NCBI GenBank assembly: GCA_050613775.1
Contig: JBODTK010000016.1
Span: 1,364,001-1,428,000 of the forward strand
From: Neocallimastix sp. 'constans'
Taxonomy: Eukaryota
Direction: 5' to 3'
Length of the DNA stretch: 64,000 bases
A program made the position numbers and the translations under genes. Below the pieces are notes generated by a model. It saw only the letters and a program-made list of their open reading frames with translations, had not been told where the DNA came from and searched no databases. Below are positions 62,149-64,000 of the stretch, one piece after another (the stretch's first letter is position 1; the number at the start of each line of letters is the position of its first letter).

Positions 62149-63216
62149 TGTTCAATAACTATTTTTAATATGAATATTATATAAAAAATATTAAATAAAT
62201 ATAATATTTGTTATTAATTAATTATATTTTAAAATTTTATTATTATTAAAATTTTTTATATGAAAATATATATATGATTGGATTATATATAAATATATTA
62301 TATATATATTTATATAATATATATATTTATATAATTATGTTATAACAAAAAAATATATACAAAATATATTTATTATTTAATTAAATAAAAATAATATTAA
62401 CAAAAAAAAATATATATATATAAAAAATATTTAGGTCATTTAATTATTTAAAAAAATATTATTTTTTACCAAATTATTATTATTTTTGTGATACAACATT
62501 TTCAGAATGTATTCTAAAACGTATTCTTCAATTACATTGTATTTAATTTTTAATTCAATATTAAAATTTATCAAATTAATTTGATTGGATAAACATAAAT
62601 AATTCTAAATATCAAAATCAACATAGAATTCTGTTCCATATATGAATCCCTCTTTTAAAATTATCGTCATCCTTTGAACCTTTTGGTATGAATTTATTTT
62701 TTTTTAATAATGAATGTTTTTATAATGATTTAATGAATGACTTGATAATGTTTAATTATTTTTTAATGTTAATGAAAATTTGATGACTATTAAATTATGT
62801 TGTTGTATTTATTTATTAGTTAATTAAAAGAAGTATATTATTGTAATATATATGCAAATTAAACTATAAAATAATAAACAATTATTATGTATTAATTTTA
62901 TATTAAACAATCCATCCATCCATCGAAAGTATAAAGGCATAATATTTTTATCATATATTAATCAATATTAAATAATAGTATATGTCATGCAATATATATA
63001 TATATATTATGTCAGCGAGTTAGGGAATATTCAGGATTATCAATATTACAAAATATATTTTATTTCATATGATAAAATATAAAATTGTTAAAATTACAAA
63101 TAAATGAATAATATGATTAAAATGATAATTGTGAATCTATGTAATAAAAAGTTGTAAATTTACTATTGTACTAAATGTAATGTAATTTAATAATATAAAA
63201 TCGAATAGATTCTAAC

Positions 63217-63795
63217 ATGGCCGCCAGAAACAAGATCATTAAACCAGTTGGTCAAGAACCAGATAATCTTGAATTACAAATTGCTAAGTACCTCCTTGAA
63301 ATGGAAAACAATGTCTCTGAATTAAAGGCTGATCTTAGAGGTTTACAATTCACTGCTGCTAAGGAAGTCGAAGTTGGTCGTGGTAAGAAGGCTATTGTTA
63401 TTTTCGTTCCAGTCCCACTTCTTAAGCAATTCCACAAGGTCCAAACTCGTATTGTCCGTGAATTAGAAAAGAAGTTCTCTGACCGTCATGTCTTACTTGT
63501 TGCTCAACGCAGAATCATGCAAAAGCCACACAAGAACAGTCGTGTTAAGCAAGCTCGTCCAAGATCCAGAACTCTTACTGCTGTTCACGAATCCTTATTA
63601 GATGATCTCGTCTTCCCAACTGAAATCGTTGGTAAGAGAACCAAGGTCAGAGTTGATGGTTCCCGTGTCATGAAGGTCTTCCTTGACCGTAAGGACTCAA
63701 CCTCCTTAGAATACAAGCTTGACACTTTCTCTGCTGTCTACAAGAGATTAACTGGTAAAGAAGTTAACTTTGAATTCCCAGTCAATCAAGAATAA
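63217..63795 (+). CDS. RPS7: 40S ribosomal protein S7 (eS7), 192 aa, no intron in CDS
   Basis: Motifs [59 protein letters not shown]; highly biased codon usage. Confidence 0.98.
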   Translation: MAARNKIIKPVGQEPDNLELQIAKYLLEMENNVSELKADLRGLQFTAAKEVEVGRGKKAIVIFVPVPLLKQFHKVQTRIVRELEKKFSDRHVLLVAQRRIMQKPHKNSRVKQARPRSRTLTAVHESLLDDLVFPTEIVGKRTKVRVDGSRVMKVFLDRKDSTSLEYKLDTFSAVYKRLTGKEVNFEFPVNQE

Positions 63796-64000
63796 ATTAT
63801 TTAATCTTGTAAATATACTGCTACGAGAATTTAATACATCTAATAAAAACAAATTAAAAAAAAAAAAAAAAATTTGTGTAAGATAATATATTTATTTGAG
63901 TATTAAAGTTGTAGAGAAAAATTTCAATGAAGTTTTGTTTTTTGAGAGAGTAAATGAATGAATGAAAATATAATTTTAATAAGGTATATATAATTGAAAA

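Overview
Extremely AT-rich eukaryotic DNA with GT-AG introns, long homopolymer and (AAT)n tracts and low gene density. Composition, intron style and the fungal-type proteins suggest an anaerobic gut fungus (Neocallimastigomycota); this is an inference. Five host genes are supported: an FlbC/MtfA-type C2H2 zinc-finger transcription factor (8996-11110, -), a 16-exon WDR48/UAF1 gene (29057-37281, -) with a 1.1-kb (AAT)n tract in one intron, an intronless 2542-aa acidic repeat protein (46918-54546, +), a 6-exon YVH1/DUSP12 homologue whose catalytic motif is lost (60356-62148, -), and RPS7 (63217-63795, +). There are three decayed Ty1/copia relics and a nested retroposon cluster at 55.6-57.9 kb. 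The most interesting items are the giant repeat protein (20 basic-aromatic/amphipathic modules in two homogeneous blocks of 10), the Yvh1 pseudophosphatase head-to-head with RPS7, and a structured intron-bearing unit at 55.6-56.1 kb abutting two LINE tails. Exon boundaries were read by hand and have no transcript support.
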